This document shows positions 62,016 through 64,000 of a DNA stretch of 64,000 nt, one piece after another. How positions within the stretch are numbered: the first letter of the stretch is position 1; every line of letters starts with the position of its first letter. This DNA is from a virus, in IMG/VR virus record IMGVR_UViG_3300047994_000617, positions 32,001-96,000 of that record; one strand, written 5' to 3'. The position numbers and the translations under genes are program-made. The notes under the pieces were generated by a model. That model was not told the DNA's origin. It was given only the letters and a program-made list of their open reading frames with translations, and ran no database searches.

Positions 62016-64000
62016 ATGGGCGGCGAGAGCGGCAACGGGCAACCGCGGGGCGCTGGTGGCGCACCTGCACCGGCAGCGCCGACCCGCACCGGCGGGTTCG
62101 CGTCGTTGGGGCTCGCCCCGCGTCCGCCCGTGCCAGCCCCCGCTCCAGCCCCGTCGCCCGCGCCGCCCCCGCCGACCCGCACCAGCGGGTTCGCGTCGCT
62201 CGCCGGCCGCGCGCCGCCGGCTGCTCCGGGCGTTCGGGTGGCTTCTCCGGCGCCGGCGACTCCGCAGGCCCGCACCAGCGGGTTCGCGTCGCTCGCCGGC
62301 CGCGCGCCCGCTCCCCGCCCCCCGCCGCCGGCGCATCCCCCTGCTCATCCCCTGGTCCCGCCGATCACCGGGACCCCGATCGTCCGCTACGTCGGCGCCC
62401 TGCATCCCCACCTGACGGGCCTCGAAGGCCGCGTCATCACGTCGGCGAGCGGGAAAGCGACCGTGCAGTGGCGGCGCCCCGGCGGTGGCGTTCGCCTGGG
62501 GGATCGCCAAGACCCGGCGAGCTACGCGTTCGCCGAGCTCGTCGTGCTGCCGGAAGGTTACTCCGAGGGCTTCAAGAACGCCGCGGAGCGCGAGCGGGCC
62601 ACCGCGCCGGCGCCATCGGTGCGCCCCCCGTCGGCCCGTCCGGCCTCGTCGCGTGGCCCGTCGTCGCGCGAGGCGCGCGATCCGTTCGCGGAAGAGAACC
62701 CCCGCGAAGCGATCGTCCGGTACATGGGGGCCGAGCCTTACCTCCGCCAGCTCGAGGGGCGCGTGGCCCAGCGCATCGGGCACGAGATCCTCGTGCTCTG
62801 GCGGCAACGCGGCGGAGCCAGGTACGCGCTGCGCGCTGGGGAGCCGCGCTACGTGCCGTTCAAGGCGCTGCGCGTCCTCCACGGCTACAGCCCTGACTTC
62901 CGGCGCCCCGGCGAGACTTGGCCGGACAGCCAGAGCGCTCGCGGCGACATCCCTTACCTGACCGCCCTGTTCGCGGCGCTCGGGGACGAGCGCCTGGCCG
63001 AGGACGCCTACACCGCCTTCCTGGGGGCGCGCCAGTGGGGGTGGCTCGACAACAAGATCAAGATCCGCCGGGTCAAGCTCGCGCTGGACAACTCCATCGG
63101 CGAGGGAGAGCGAAGCGACAGGGCGCTTCAGGCTCTGGCCGGCGTCGACGCGGAGGGGATGAAGTGGAAGGTCGGCGCCCGGGTCACCCTCGGCGCCCGT
63201 GGCGCCTACAGGGGGCGCAGCGGGACCGTCATCGCCATCTCGCCCTTCCCCCGCTACGACAGCCGCGAGGTCGAGATCGATCCGGAGCCGGGGGACCCGG
63301 GGAAGATCGTCGAGGAGGTGCGCGTCGAGGACCTCGTGAACGGGCCCCTGGCGCCCGCGACGGGTCGCGCACAGTCCGCCGTGGGGGGCGTCGCCGCCGT
63401 CGCGCCGCCGGCCGCGGCGCCCGAGCCACCGGTCGTCCCGCCGCCCTCCCTCCATGAGGAGCCGGCCCCCGTGGCCGCGGCGCCGACGCCCGTCGTGGGT
63501 TCGATCCAGGCGCTCCGGGCGCTCCCCGTCGGCACGAGGCTCCGCCAGGTCAAGAACGTGCTGGGGACCGTCGAGCGCGGTGGCGGACGTCGGATCGAGG
63601 CGCAGAAGCCCAAGGGGATCGTCCTCAGGGTCGACGCACCGGGCACGAAGCACCACGGGGCGACGTCGGACATCACGTTCAGCAACCTGGGCAGCGTGGA
63701 GCCGCGCCCCCACGGCTTCGCGCTCTTGGACCGGAGCAAGCGGTTCCTCGCCGAGTACGTCGTGGAGGAGATCCCCCACGGGGCAGCCTCCCCCGCGCCG
63801 GCGGACGACCTGCGCGCCCGGATCGTGGCCTTCCTCCAAGGCAACCCCGAGTCCCAGATGGCCGTGATCGCCCGCGCCGTGGGAGGCCCGGACAAGCCTG
63901 GCCAGGACGCCGTGTTCGCCGAGCTCCGTGCGATGCGGGGCGAGGACGTCATCTGCCACGAGCCCAAGGACGGCCGCGGAAAGGTGTGCAGCCTGAAGGC
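62016..64000 (+). CDS. Large 3'-truncated multidomain protein (RT[SG]GFASL repeats, SH3/KOW-like modules, wHTH-like segment)
   Basis: Open from ATG 62016 to the window end by my translation (absent from the ORF track, no stop); IVRY[VM]GA.P.L..LEGRV twice; WKVGARVTL..RGAYRGRSGTVIAI. Confidence 0.7.
   Translation, partial: MGGESGNGQPRGAGGAPAPAAPTRTGGFASLGLAPRPPVPAPAPAPSPAPPPPTRTSGFASLAGRAPPAAPGVRVASPAPATPQARTSGFASLAGRAPAPRPPPPAHPPAHPLVPPITGTPIVRYVGALHPHLTGLEGRVITSASGKATVQWRRPGGGVRLGDRQDPASYAFAELVVLPEGYSEGFKNAAERERATAPAPSVRPPSARPASSRGPSSREARDPFAEENPREAIVRYMGAEPYLRQLEGRVAQRIGHEILVLWRQRGGARYALRAGEPRYVPFKALRVLHGYSPDFRRPGETWPDSQSARGDIPYLTALFAALGDERLAEDAYTAFLGARQWGWLDNKIKIRRVKLALDNSIGEGERSDRALQALAGVDAEGMKWKVGARVTLGARGAYRGRSGTVIAISPFPRYDSREVEIDPEPGDPGKIVEEVRVEDLVNGPLAPATGRAQSAVGGVAAVAPPAAAPEPPVVPPPSLHEEPAPVAAAPTPVVGSIQALRALPVGTRLRQVKNVLGTVERGGGRRIEAQKPKGIVLRVDAPGTKHHGATSDITFSNLGSVEPRPHGFALLDRSKRFLAEYVVEEIPHGAASPAPADDLRARIVAFLQGNPESQMAVIARAVGGPDKPGQDAVFAELRAMRGEDVICHEPKDGRGKVCSLK

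Larger units (their letters stand above)
1..64000. mobile_element. Prophage/provirus-like element filling the window (ends not visible); probable tailless, membrane-containing virus of a myxobacterium
   Basis: Tightly coupled phage-type replication genes, antirepressors, divergent repressor switches, wall hydrolase and spike-like proteins; no housekeeping genes; no recognisable terminase, portal or tail genes. Confidence 0.8.

Overview
Very GC-rich window that reads end to end as one prophage-like or viral element; no boundaries, att sites, rRNA, tRNA or CRISPR array were seen. The cargo genes (eukaryote-like Ser/Thr kinase, TPR-PEGA protein, Cys-rich and beta-propeller lipoproteins) suggest a myxobacterial host, which is inference. 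Layout: (1) 1-15131 (+), a translationally coupled early/replication operon with an apparently inactive tyrosine-recombinase-fold protein, cupin, Dam-like MTase, two ASCH paralogues, SF2 helicase, PolI-type 5'-3' exonuclease, initiator-like protein, DnaC-like loader and FtsK ATPase. (2) 15843-40042 (+), a structural-looking module with no recognisable terminase, portal, HK97 capsid or tail genes. It encodes an EF-hand/transglutaminase-fold Cys-His-Asp enzyme, a ~2090-aa LysM/PG-binding protein punctuated by acidic [DE]-[AT]-[AS]?-G motifs, membrane proteins, a beta-rich capsid candidate carrying the same motifs, a multi-domain wall hydrolase and three spike-like paralogues. (3) 40257-59921, two paralogous divergent switches (small repressor versus a leftward antirepressor/cargo operon). 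(4) 60285-64000, a histone-H1-like protein and a large truncated ORF. A 24-bp motif precedes five + strand gene blocks. Best hypothesis: a large, probably tailless, membrane-containing (jelly-roll lineage) temperate virus whose virion proteins are matured by a Ca2+-regulated protease cutting at G-terminated motifs. All family assignments come from motif reading, not database searches.
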